Origin: Mobula hypostoma
Lineage: Eukaryota
Length of the DNA: 64,000 nt
NCBI RefSeq assembly: GCF_963921235.1
Contig: NC_086097.1
Coordinates: 162,814,001-162,878,000 of the forward strand
Direction: 5' to 3'
The notes beneath the pieces were generated by a model. It was not told the DNA's origin. It saw only the letters and a program-made list of their open reading frames with translations, and did not search any database. Both the position numbers and the translations under genes were made by a program. How positions within the stretch are numbered: the stretch's first letter is position 1; each line of letters starts with the position of its first letter. This document shows, piece after piece, positions 12,720-25,614 of the stretch.

Positions 12720-15700
12720 GGACTATAAGACTATAGGACACAGGGGCAGAATTAGGCTATTCAGCCCACCAAGTCTGCTCTGCCATCCCATCATGACTGA
12801 TCCCGGGTCCCACTCAAACCCATACACCTGCCTCCTCACCATAACCTTTGATACCCTTGCCAATCAGGAAACTATCGATTTTCACATTAAATATACCCAT
12901 GGACTTCGTCTCCACAGCCGTCTATGGCAAAGCATTCCACAGATTCACTACTCTCTGGTTAAAACCATTCCTCCTTACCTCTGTTCTAAAGGTCACCCCT
13001 CAATTTTGAAGCTGTGCCCTCTAGTTCTGGATACCCTCACAACAGGAAACACCTTCTCCACATCCACATTATCTAGTCCTTTCAACATTCAGTATATTTC
13101 AATGAGATCCCCCCTGCATTCTTCAAAATTCCAGTGAGTACTGACCTAAAGCTGCCAAATGCTCCTCATATGTTAGTCCCTTCATTCCTGGAATCATCCT
13201 TGCGAACCTCTCTCCAATGACAACACATCCTTTCTGAGATATGGGGCCCAAAACCATTGACAATACTCTAAGTGTAGCCTGACTAGTGTCACATAAAGGC
13301 TCAACATTATCTCCTTGCTTTTATATTTTATTCTCCTTGAAATAAATGCCAAACATTGCATTTGCCTTCGTTACCACAGACTGGACCTGTAAACTAACCT
13401 TCTGGGAGTCTTGCATGAGGACTCCTAAGTCCCTTTGCACCTCTGATGTTTGAATCTCCCCCCGATAATGTGCACTTTTGTTCCTTTTACCAAAATGCAT
13501 TATCATACATTTCCCAACACTGTATTCCATCTGCCACTTTTTTGCCCTTTCTTCCAAATTGTCCAAGTCCTTCTGCAATTGCATTGCTTCCTCAGCACTA
13601 CCTACCCCTCCACCTATCTTCGTATCATCCACAAACTTTGCCACAAAGCCATCAATTCCATTGTCTAAATCATTGACAAACAATGTGTGAAGCAGCAGTC
13701 CCAAAATTGACCCCTGAGGAACGCCGCTAGTCATTGGCAGCCAACAAAGCCCCCTTTATTCCCACTCACTGCCTCCTACCTGCCAGTCATTCATCTATGC
13801 ATGCTAGTATCTTTCCTGTAATGCCATAGGATTTTATTTTGTTAAGCAGCCTGAAGCGTGGCAGCTTATCAAATGCCTTCTGAAAGTCCAAGTAATGGCA
13901 TCCACTTCCTTTCCTTTGTCCACCCTGCTTGCTACTTTCTCGAAGAACTCTAACCAATTTGTCAGGCAAGAAGCCATGCTGACTTTGACTTATTTTATCA
14001 CTAGCCTCCAAGTACCCCGAAACCTCATCCTTAATAATGGACTCTGAGGTTAGGCTAGCTGGCTTATAATTTTCTTTCTTTTGTCTTCCTCCCTTCTTAA
14101 AGAATGGAGTGACATTTGCAAAGTTCCAGTCCTCTGGGACCATGACATAATCAAGTGATTCTTGAAAGATTGTAACCAATGCATCTGCTATCTCTTCAGC
14201 AACCTCTCTCAGGACCCTGGGATGTAGTCCACCTGGTCCAGTTGACTTATACACTTTAAGACCTCTGAGTTTGCCTAGCACTTTTTCCTTTGTAATAGCA
14301 ACAGTACTCACTCCTGCTCCCTGACACACTGCTATTCTCTTCCACAGTGAAGACTGACGTAAAGTACTTACTTAGTTCATCCGCCATTTCCTTGTCCCCC
14401 ATTACTAGCTCATTAGCATAATTTTCTAGTGGTGCAATATCAACTCTCACCTCCCTTTTACTCCTTATGTAACAGAAAAAACTTTCAGTATCCTGCCTTA
14501 TTTTATTGGCTAGTTTGCCCTCATATTTCTTCTTTTCCCATCTTATAGCTTTTTAGTTGCCTTGTGTTGGACTTTTAAAAACTTCTAAATCATCCTAATT
14601 CCCACTCACTTTTGCTACATTGTACGCCTTTCCCTTCCCTTATCAGCCAGCCACAGTTGCCTACCCTGCCATCTGAGAACTTCTTCCGTGGAACATATCA
14701 ATTCTGCTCCTTGTGATCTATTCCCAGAGATTTCAGCCTCCTCTGCTCTGCCATCATCCCTGTCAGTATCCCCCTCCAATCCATCTGGGAAAGCTCCTCT
14801 CTCATGCATCTGTAATTCTTTTTTTTCCCACTGCAATACAGATACATGTGAGCTATGCTTCTCCAACTTAAACTGCAGTATGAATTCAACCATATTATAA
14901 TCACTGCCTCCTAAGGGTTCCTTTACCTTAAGCTACCTAATAAAATCTGGATTATTACACAACACCCAATCTAAGATAGTCCTTCCCCAAGTAGGCTCAA
15001 GCACAAGCTGCTCTAAGAAACCATTTCAACAAATTCCTTCTCCTGTGATCTACTACCAACCCAATTTCCCCAATCCCCCCAATCCCCTTGTATACTGAAG
15101 ACCCCCATTACAATTGTGAAAATACCCTTTTAAAATGCCTTTTCCAGCTCCCTTTGCAGTCTCAACCCTACACCTTGGCTACTACTTGGAGGCCTATATA
15201 TTATTCCCATAATGGTTTTCTTTTTATTGTTGCTGTTTCTTAACTCCACCCACAAAGATTTGACATTCTCTGACCCTACGTCACCTCTTTCTAAAGATGA
15301 AATTCCATCTCTTACCAAACGAACCGCACCACAGCCTATGCCTTCCTGCCTGTCCGTTCAATAAAAAGTGTATCTTTTGATATTAAGTTCCCAACGATGA
15401 CCTTCTTTCAGCCACAACTCAGTGAGGCCCACAACATCATACCGACCAATCTGTAATTGCACTGTGAATTCATCCACCTTATTCTGAATACTACATGCAT
15501 TGACATGCACCTTCAAGTCTTGCATTCTTTGCCCTTATTAATTTTGCCTCTGTGGATCAATTTAACTCTTTGCACTGTCTGCATTTGTACCCAATCATTG
15601 GCTTTTCCTCCCTTACATTCCTGTTACATCCACCATCTACTTGTAAACCTGCTGGCTCATCCTCAGCTCTATCACACTGGTTAACATCCCCCTGTCATAT

Positions 15701-16495
15701 TAGTTTAAACAGCTCCCAACAGCTTTAACAAACCTTCCCACAAGGATATTGGTCCCCCTCAGATTCAAGTGCAACCTGCCCCCTTTGTGCAGGTCACACC
15801 TGCCCCAGAAGATGTCACAATGATCCAGAAATCTGAATGCCTGCCCCTTGCTTCAATTCTTCAGCCACGCATTGATCGGCTACCTTAATCCCTATTGTCA
15901 CTGTCACATGGCACAGAGCACAGGTAGCAATCCCAAAATTACAATCCTTGAGGTCCTGTTTCTCAACTTCTTTCCTAGCTCCCTGTATTCTGTTTTCAGG
16001 ACCTCCTCCCTTTTTGTTTAACCTCTGTCACTGGTACCAATATGTACCACAACCTCTGGTTGCTAACCCTCCCTTTTCAGGATACTGCGGACATGTTCAG
16101 AAACACAGCAGCCCCCGGCATCTGGGAAGCAAGCTACCATCCGTGTTTCTTTTTCGCATCCACAGGATTACCTATCTGTGCTCCTCACTATGGAGTCCCC
16201 TCTTATGGCTGCCTTCCTCTTTAGTTCCCTACCTTTCTGAGCCATAGGACTAGACTCAGTGCCAGAAGCACGGTCGCTGTTGCTTCCCCCAGGTAGGTCT
16301 CCCCTCCAACAGTACTCAAGGTGGAGTGCTTATTGTTGAGGGGGGCCGCTCTCCACTATTTGACGTTTTTCCTTCCCTCTCCTGACAATCACCCATTTAT
16401 CGGTCTCCTGTAGCCTTGGGGTGACAACCTCCCTGTAGCTCCTGTCTATCACCTCCTCACTTTTCCTAACAAGTTAAAGCTCCTGCTCCTGCTCC
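12720..16495 (-). mobile_element. Long decayed CR1 LINE (probable ORF1 remnant, APE, RT, 3' tail)
   Basis: ORF pieces WVELRN..IIYRPP (APE), YLDFQKAFDK, SGVPQGSILG, KFVDDTK; short tandem tail GACTATAAGACTATAGG; many stops and frameshifts. Confidence 0.92.
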
Positions 16496-16854
16496 CTACT
16501 TACGCTTATCTGAATTAAATTCCACAGGTCACTGTTCTACCCATGTCCCCTTGTATCCATAGAGAAACTATCTATGAATCTACCAATTTTCATGTCATTT
16601 GCAAACTCACTAATCAGGCCACCCGACGTTCATTTTCAAGTTATTTATATATAAGACAAACAACGAAGGCTCCGGCACCAGTCACTACGGTATAGCACTT
16701 CCAGTCAGACAAAACAACTCTACCACAACCCCCTGCCTCCTATCACCAAACCAACATTCCTCGGATCCACAGTGTTTTAGCCTTCTGGACCAGCCTACCA
16801 TGCAGGAACTCATCAAAAGCTTTGCTAAAGCCTATGTATGTGAGCCACATATAC

Positions 16855-17617
16855 CGGGGTCCCCAACCTTTTTTGCACCGCGGACCGGTTTAGTATTGAC
16901 AATATTCTTGCGGACCAGCCAACCGGGCCGGGGGGGGGGCGGTGTTCAAGTAGGGTTAAACTCACCTCAACATGTCTTTTACAGTTAGGGTTGCCAACTT
17001 TCTCACTCCCAGGTAAGGGAGAAAAGTAGCAGTCAAATACGGGACACTTGTGTTTACCCCGAGAAAGACTACCATGACCATGAAGCCTTGCGCGGGCACC
17101 TGTGTGTGCATGCGTGTACATGCCAATTTTTTTCTACAAATCGGTTTTGGTTTAATCTTCCCGACTCGAATTGAAACTACACTGTACATACATTATTTCC
17201 ACTTTATATAGGCTGTGTACTTATCATATCATTCCTGCTTTTACGATACATTAGTGTTATTTTAGGTGTTATTTGGTATGATTTGGTAGGTTAATTTTTG
17301 GGTCTGGGAACACTCAAAAACTTTCCCCACATAAATTAATGGTAATTGCTTCTTCGTTTCACACCATCTCCACTTACGAACGGTTTCATAGGAACGCTTT
17401 ACCTTAGCGGGGGAAGTACGGGACAAGGGCGGTCCCATATGGGACAAACCAATTTAGCCCAATATACGGGATGTCCTGGCAAATACGGGACAGTTGGCAA
17501 TCCTATGTTCAAGTTCAATAGTGCGTGACAGGGAATGAGGAAAGGTGCAGCTGACTCATATCTTTTCCTCACGGCCCAGTAGCACATGCTTTGCGGCCCG
17601 GTGGTTGGGTACCACTG
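16855..17617. mobile_element. Non-autonomous hAT (Charlie-like) element with nested hAT at 16951-17505
   Basis: Ends CGGGGTCCCCAACC / GGTTGGGTACCACTG with 8-bp TSD ACATATAC. Inner element TAGGGTT...TGGCAATCCTA with CGGGAC subterminal motifs and TSD TGTTCAAG. Confidence 0.85.
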
Positions 17618-17714
17618 ACATATACCACTCTGCCTCATCAATTTTCCTAGGTGCCTCCTCAAAAGATTGTGATTTTCGCTGCACCAAACCATGCTGACAC
17701 CTCCTAAGCAATTA

Positions 17715-19266
17715 CAGGTGTCCCCCGCTTTTCGAACGTTTGCTTCACGAAACCTCACTGTTACGAAAGACCTACATTAGTACCCTGCTTTCGCTTTCAG
17801 AAGGTGTTTTCACTGTTACGAAAAAAGAATTCAGTGCACGATAAAAGGCAGCGCACCCTGAGCAGCCGCTCTGCCCCAGATTCGGAATGGCATTGCTTAA
17901 ACACATTGCATTGAGCAGCCGTTAGCAAGATGAGTTCTAAGGTGTCGGAAAAGCCTGAAAGAGTAAGGGTGTTACACTTAGCGTAAAACTAGACATAATT
18001 AAGTGTTTCGATCGTGGCGAACGAAGCAAGGACAAAGTGAGTTTGGCTTGTGGAAGTTGATGAAGATGATGTTGAAGAGGTTTTGGCATCCCATGACCAA
18101 GAACTGATAGATGAAGAGCTGATGCAATTGGAAGAGGAAAGGATAACAATCGAAACCAAATGCAGAAAGTGAAACAACTGCATGAGATTTTCGCTGCAGC
18201 GATAAAGTATGACTTTAATTTTGAAAGGGTACGTAGGTTTAGGGGATATTTGCAGGATGGTTTGAGTGCTTACAAACAACTGTATGATAGAAAAATGCGC
18301 GAGGCTCAGCAGTCAAGCAAACCTTCCACATCAGCCACAGCAGACAACGAACCTCAACCTTCGACATCGAGGCAGGCAGTCATAGGAGAAGATGAGCTGC
18401 CTGCACTGATCAACGACGAGATGACACCCCCCGTGTCCCACCACCCCAACACCTGGGCCCCGGACAGATACTGCACCGATTCGCGAAGAATGCAGCAGTA
18501 GCCGGGAGACACACAGCACATCTTTAAGAAAAAAGCCGAAATAAACATGCTAATTAATTAGGTGCCGCCTAGCACGTAATTGTCGGCCCAGATCAGAGGC
18601 GGTGCAATCGGCAATCGTCTCTGATCTGCGCCGATATTTACGTGCCGGGCAGCACCTAATTAATTAGCATGTTTATTTCAGCTTTTTTTCTTAACAATGT
18701 GCTGTGTGCCTCCCGGCTACCACTGTGTTCTTCGTGGCAATGTATCGGGTCAGCGGCCCGGAGGGTGGGGGCCACTGCACCACCCAACCTGTGACGACTC
18801 AGTCTAACACACCATCATCAGTGTGCTCGGTGCTGTTTTCCCAATTCCGGTAAGTGATACTACACTGTACATACATTATTTTTACTTTATATAGGCTGTG
18901 TATTTTTACATGTTATTTGGTAGATTTGGTAGCTTCATAGTTTAACGGCTACTGGAGAGCGCGTCTATGCCAACAGCGCTTGCGTGAGATTTTCTGCCGA
19001 CAGCGCTTGCGTGAGATTTTCGCTACGGAGATCTGTGCAGGCAATCATTGTAGAGAAGTATTTCTACTTTATGTAGGCTGTGTATTTATCATATCATTCC
19101 TGCTTATGTGTTATTTGGCATGATTTGGTAGGTTATTTTTGGGTTTGCGAACGCTCACAAAATTTTCCCATAAAAATAAATGGTAATTGCTTCTTCGCTT
19201 TACGACATTTCAGCTTACGAACCATTTCATAGGAATGCTCTACCTTCTGATGGCGGGGGAAACCTG
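17715..19266 (+). mobile_element. Internally deleted Tigger/pogo-like DNA transposon
   Basis: TA-CAGGTGTCCCCCGC ... GCGGGGGAAACCTG-TA. Transposase remnants LSVKLDIIKCFDRGE (N-terminal HTH) and acidic EVDEDDVEEVLASHDQELIDEELMQLEEE (C-terminal). Confidence 0.88.
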
Positions 19267-19592
19267 TACTGCCTTTCCAAATAACCATAAATCTTGTTCC
19301 CTTAGAATCATCTCCAATAACTTCCCTCCTACTGATGCAAGACTATCTGGCCTGTTGTTTCCCAGTTTATCTGCTCTGACCTTGTGAATAAGGGAACAAT
19401 ATTTGTTATACTTTCTCTTTCTAAATGGTTCTGTAGTGTTTTTCCTTTATTCTCAGTTCCCATATGAAAGTAACTCCTGGACTTCCAGACATCCTCACAC
19501 AGTGTCCCCAGAACTCTGTAAAAACATTTTCCTCATTGCCCCTCCTCAATCACTCCCCACAGATTCAATCAAGTCTCTTCCAGAGGACTCAC

Positions 19593-19763
19593 CATTTTTG
19601 TCTGCCGCCGATTACGGCCTCCAGTTGTTTTGCCCATACCAGCTAAGATAAGCCCAGTGCCATTCTTGGTGGCAAATGTCGCCATTAACTTTGCTTCCAG
19701 TGGCAGGACCTTAGGCCGCAACTGAATGTACCCATCACTGAAAATACTCACACTCCGGATAGG
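19593..19763 (-). CDS. LAMA1: Laminin alpha-1 exon, start of LG3
   Basis: 171 nt encoding PIRSVSIFSDGYIQLRPKVLPLEAKLMATFATKNGTGLILAGMGKTTGGRNRRQTKM; phase 0-0. Confidence 0.94.
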
Positions 19764-20690
19764 CTGTTAAGTCAAAAACATAAACATTATTGAGAGCATT
19801 TCCATTGATACCATAGTCTTGGTCTTTGTACTCAAGAAACTAAAGTTAATCAACTTTACAACAATAAGTTGAATGAAACAAATTACAACAAGGGAAGGGG
19901 TGCAGGTGCTGGAACTTGGAAACAGAAGTAGAAATTGCTGTAAATACTCAACAGCTCAGGCAGCTTCTGTAGAGAGGGAAAGGTGTTTATAATTTTGGCC
20001 AACAACCTACAATACTGAGAAACAATGACCTGAATACTGACATCCTTGACCTAAAATATTAACTGATATTGTCTGGACAGCTAGGTGTATCAATAGGCAT
20101 ACTGATTTGAAACAATGGTAATCATGATAACTGGGAGACTCTGGTTTAATCATTATCACATATTATCTGCAGTGGAATATTGTCTGGGTAAGAGGTGTTC
20201 AAAAGCACAACAACAGCTAAGCTAATGGGGGAGAGAGAGAAGAATCTATCTTGAAAAAGAAGGAACATGAAATTAGAAGCAAGAGTTGGTTATTTGACCC
20301 ATGAAACCTGTGCCACCATCCAATGTCCAACATTCTCTAACATTGAGAAGAATAAGAGGTAAATTCTTCAGGGCTCATCATCTCAAAAAACAGGATAAAC
20401 CATTTAGGACTGAGACACGGAGAAAGTTCTTCACTCAGATGGTGGTGAAGCTTTGGAATTTTCTACCCTGTAGGGATCAGTTTTTTTGAACTCAGATATC
20501 AATCGTTTTTGGGATATTACAAACGCTTGTAATAAAATTCAAAGACATCAAGTTATATGGGGATAGGGCAAGAAAATAGCATGAGGAAAAAGATCAGCCA
20601 TGATCTTGATGAATGGGGGAGTAGGCTTGAGAAGTTTGATGGCCTAGAGCCAATTCTTACATTCTTCATGAAAATTCTCTTTTCTTTTAC

Positions 20691-20805
20691 CTCAAGTAAA
20701 CAGCCTTTCTTCACACCCAAGGAATTCTTCAGCAGGTCAAACGTAGATCGGTAAATCTCCACCTTCTTCAAGCAGCCCACAAATGATTTGCTGAGAACTT
20801 CTTTC
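20691..20805 (-). CDS. LAMA1: Laminin alpha-1 exon, end of LG2
   Basis: 115 nt encoding KEVLSKSFVGCLKKVEIYRSTFDLLKNSLGVKKGCLLE. Confidence 0.95.
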
Positions 20806-21548
20806 CTGAAAGATAGCCAACAGTTGAAGTAGAAACATGGGTTGGTGACAGCATCACACCATTGTAGATTGAAGTATCAAAAAAGAAAAGTAAAATATGA
20901 CCAGAAAGTACTGGCTATACTCAGCAGGCCAGGCAGCAGAGGTAATGCTGCATGTTGATAATATTAGAGAAGAAAATAAAATATAAAATTGAAACAGAAA
21001 ATGCTGGATATTCAGCAAGTCAAGACAGCATATGTGGACTGGGATTCAAAGTTAATATTTCAGTTCCACGGCCTTTTGTCAGAATGGGAATAGTTGGAAA
21101 TTAAACACATTTTTAGTTGGCGAGAAGGTAAAAGGGGAGGAGGGAACAAAGGGAATGCCGACCATAGGGAGGAAATGAAAAGAGGCTGATGACACAAAAG
21201 TTGGTGGTGCAAGGTAAGAGAGACTGTTGAAGGCTTGTTCACCATGACTAATCTATCTGAGCAGATGAACAATTGTTAACTGTGGCTAATCTATCTGAGT
21301 AGCTGTAAACAAGAGATGAAGAACAGTGGAGAATGAGCCAAAGGAGTTGCTGGAACCAGGGGATACAAAGTCATGCAATTAGCCAGATTTCTGAAATTAA
21401 TGAGAATAGTTTAAATATGCAGCAAATCAGGCAGCATCTGGGGAGACAAAAACAATTAACATTACCGATTTTGATGATCTTTCATTAGAACCAGCCATTT
21501 CTGATGCACTGTTAAGTCTGGTTATTTGAAATGCTGCTTCACCTAGAT

Positions 21549-21628
21549 CAAGAGTTCCCAACCTTATTTATGCCATGACTCCCTACCATTAACCAAGAGG
21601 TCCATGGACCCCAGGTTCAGAACACCTG
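21549..21628. mobile_element. 80-bp hAT/Charlie-type MITE
   Basis: Imperfect TIRs CAAGAGTTCCCAACC / GGTTCAGAACACCTG; flanks ACCTAGAT / ATCTAGAT (7/8), matching the Charlie-type NTCTAGAN target. Confidence 0.7.
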
Positions 21629-22605
21629 ATCTAGATCGAGTTTTTGATCTCTGGATGGTGGGAACAAAAGAGGCCAAAAGACAAATGTTGCAAGGCAAGT
21701 GAGGCTTCAGAGGCAGAGAGGACGATATTGGGGTAGAATGAAATCACCATGAGTACAATCCCTCTTGGGTGAGTGGGTTGTAGAAGATGCATCCGGGTGA
21801 TATGAGTGGAAGATGATGGTAAGGAGAACCTTACTATTGCTTCTGGTGAGAGCCCCATCAAATACCATCGATAGGAAGTTATAGTTAAGGTGAAAAAAAA
21901 CATCTTCAAAAAACTAGGCTAGAAAGTCTGGTCATCAGAACGGATAAAACAGAGCTGGAGGATTTGGGAGAGTGGTAGTCCTTGTGGGCAGCAGGGAGAA
22001 AATAGGTTTGTCAAGTTAGTGGTGACAGTGCATGACAGTATAGAAACACTAACGCATCTCTACAGATGGAGCTATAGAGTTGAGAAACAGAAAAAATGAT
22101 AGGCGGACCAGCTGAGATTGAGAGCTGAGTGGAAACTGGGAGAAAATGTAAAGGAACATTCATTTTCTGTATGAGAGAAGGGTTTAATGTCAATACAGTC
22201 ATCAATATACCAGGGATATAGATCAGTGAGGGAGATTCAGTAGGATTGAATCCATTCATCTTATTATGAGGGACTAGAACTGCTTACTACACAGCTCTCC
22301 ATTTATATTCCGGTCCTCTGCAAATACCAGTCATTGAACATTTTGTTTCATTTTCTGCACCAGTTCATCTATTTTAAGGATGTACACCCTTAGACCACCT
22401 GATCTTTCAACCTAACTGTCTAGATATACAATGCTTAGAAAGTAATTGGAATCATGAACGGCGGTCTAAAGCAGCCTGATTTAAAACACATTTTAAGTCA
22501 AAAATGAGATTACTAGAAGATTACAGCCATCTATCTTGTTATATTCAGGGAGATTTGTATCAGTAGAGCAAACTTAGAACATAAGTCTGCTTACAAATTA
22601 AGTAC

Positions 22606-22747
22606 CTGTAAGTTCTGGAACGAGGTAGACCCCCTATATATATTGGATCTTTGTGCCCACGGTTGAGATCGGAAGCACTTCCCGGCGATTCTCCTTGGAC
22701 AGTTTCTCGGTCAGTTGAATTAAATGGGTCCATGACAGCCAAAACAC
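22606..22747 (-). CDS. LAMA1: Laminin alpha-1 exon, LG2
   Basis: 142 nt encoding (G)VLAVMDPFNSTDRETVQGESPGSASDLNRGHKDPIYIGGLPRSRTY(R); donor AG|GTACTT. Confidence 0.94.
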
Positions 22748-23339
22748 CTGTGAACATTCATAAAACTGCTCTTTTTAAATGTTCCTGGTGACATGATACT
22801 ACTGAGAAATAAAAGCCCAGATGTATGCCTCTGATCACAGAGGCTGGAGTACTCCTTTTATAATGACAAATGACAGAAGCTAACTGCCAATGTGCCAGTT
22901 ATAGCTTTTGGGAAATATGGACATCATCTATCAATGGACACTATTATTACATCCTTTCTGGCTGAATATCTTGCCAATTCAGATGAAAGGCCTTGACCCA
23001 AAACAATGCCTCACTGTTTCCCTCTACAACAGTGTGCGCCAAAGAGCCTGTACTGTGCTGTGCTATTCTATGTTCCAAATGCAGCCTAACCACTGAGTCC
23101 CCCAGCAGCCTGTTTATTTTTGCTCCACATTTCAGCATCTACAGACAACTGCAGAATTTGAGGGGCACAAAGGTAAATTCAATAATCCCATACGAGCCAT
23201 ATTGACATCACTCCGATGGAAAGGTTCTCATCTGTTTACTGATGAAATGTGGAAAATGAGTTCCAGCAACAACAAAAGTCAGGAAGGGTTCAAAATGGGC
23301 GATGGACCCATACTGAGTAAATTAAGTTAAAATCGGGAA

Positions 23340-25430
23340 GGAGGTGCTGTTAGAGATGACAGCAGAGCAGCAATGGTTTGAGTTTCTGGGAAACATGAGG
23401 AGGGTGCAGGATAGATGTATTCCAAAAACAAAGAAATACTCAAATAGCAAAATAGTACAACAGTGGCTGACAAAGGAAGTCAAATCAAATATAATATTAA
23501 AGAAAAAAAAGAGGGCATAAAAAAAAGCAAAAATTAGTGGGAACATAGAGGATTGGTAAGATTTTAATAACCTACAGACAGCAACTAAAGAGAATCATTA
23601 GGAGGGAAAAGATTAAATTTGAAAGCAGGCCAGCAAACAATATAAAGGTGGATAGAAAAAGCGTTTTCAAGTATATAAAAAATAAGAGATAAGAGTGGAT
23701 ATAGAAAATGAGGCCAGAGAATAATAACGAGGGACAAGGAGATGGCAGATGAACTAAATGTAGACACTAGCAGTGTGCCAGATGTTGAAGGGTGTGAGGG
23801 AAGAGAGGTGAGTGCAGTTACTATTAGATGGGAGAAGGTGCTCAAAAAGCTAAAAGACGTAAAGTGTATAAGTCACCTGGACCAGATGAACTGCACCCTA
23901 GGGTTTGAAAGAGGTAGCGGAAGAGATTGTGGAGGCATGAGTAATGACCTTTCAAGAATCATTACACTCTGGCATGGTTCCAGAGTACTGGAAAATTGCA
24001 AATGTCACTCTACTCTTTAAGAAAGGAGCAAGGCAGCAGAAATGAAATTATAGACCAGTTAGCCTGACCTCAGTGGTTGGGAAGATCTTGGAGCCAATTG
24101 TTAAGGATGAGGTGATGGAGTGCTTGGCGGCACAGGGCAAGGTAAGACAAATTCGGCATGGTTTCCTTAAGGGAAAGTCCTGCCTGATGAACCTGTTGGA
24201 ATTCTTTGAGGAGAGTACAGGTAGGATAGATAAAGGGGATGCAGTGGATGTTGTATATTTGGATTTTCAGAACGCTTTTGACAAGGTGCCACACATGAGG
24301 CTGCTTACCAAGTTAAGAGCCCCTAGTATAACAGGAAAGTCACTGGTTAGAGCATTGGCTCATTGGTGGGAGGCAGTAAGTGGGAATAAAAGGATCCTTG
24401 TCTATTTGGCTGTCAGTGCTGTTCCGCAGAGGTCAGTGCTGGGACCACTTCCTATTATGCTGTATATAAATGATTTAGGTGATGGAACAGATGGCTTTGT
24501 TGCCAAATTTGCAGATGGTACGAAGATTAATGGAGGGGCAGGTAGTGTTGAGGAAACAGGTAGGATGCAGAAGGACCTAGACAGATTTGGAGAATGGGCA
24601 AGAAAGTGGTAGATGAAATATAATGTTGGAAGATGCATGGTCATACACTTTGGTAGTGGAAATAAACGTGTGGACTATTTTCTAAACAGGGAGAAAATCC
24701 CAAAATCTGAGATGCAAAGGGACTTGGGAGTCCTTGTGCAGAACACCCTGAAGGATAACTTGCAGGTTGAGTGGGTTGTGAGGAAGGCAAATGCAATGTT
24801 AGTTTTCATTTCAAGAGGTCTAGAATACAAGAGCAAAGATGTGATGCTGAGGCTTTATAAGGCACACCTTGAGTATTGCGAACAGTTTTGGGGCACTCAT
24901 CTTAGAAAAGATGTGCTGGCATTGGAGAGGGTCCAGGGGAGGCTCACAAGGATGATTCCAGGAATGAAAGGGTTATCATACGAAGAACGTTTGATGGCTC
25001 TGGGTCTGCACTCGATGGAATTCGGAAGTCTGAGGGGGCAGCTCGTTGAAACTTTTCGAATGTTGAAAGGCCTAGACAGAGTAGTTGTGGAAAGGATGTT
25101 TCCCATGGTGGAGGAGTTTAGGACAAGAGGACACAGCCTTAGGGTGGAGGGGCATCCATTTAAAACAGAGATGCAGAGAAATTTCTTTCGTCAGAGGGTG
25201 GTGAATTCATGAAATGTGTTACCATAGGCAGCTGTGGATTCCAAGTCGTATAGTGTACTTAAGGCAGAGATTGACAGGTTCTTGATTGGCCATGGCACCA
25301 AAGGTTACGGGGAGAAGGCCAGAGAGAGGCGCTAAGGAGTGGAGAAAAGGATCAGCTATGGTTGAATGGCAAAGTAGACTCGATGGGCCTAATGGCCTAA
25401 TTTTGCTCCTATCTCCTATGGTCTTGTAAT
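23340..25430 (+). mobile_element. 5'-truncated CR1 LINE
   Basis: ORFs 24073-24612 and 24613-25212 with YLDFQNAFDKVPH, KFADGTK, HLEYCEQFW; CR1 3' end. Confidence 0.93.
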
Positions 25431-25614
25431 CCAATGACTGATTTATGGTCTCAATTACTTTACAAGCTTTTAATATGGTTAACCAATGGAGTTCTGGAGC
25501 AAGGAATTTACACTAGAATTCCATGAAGAGGCAGCATCTTCAGGTGGAGAGGAGAAAACTGATGAAAACCAAAGAAATCTGAAACATTCCAGGGAATTCC
25601 TATTGTAATATTAT

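Noticed and set aside
22975..23015. Additional functional hammerhead
   Set aside because: Core degenerate (CAGATGA..CAAAAC); the same applies to copies near 21060, 29537, 51258 and 62830.
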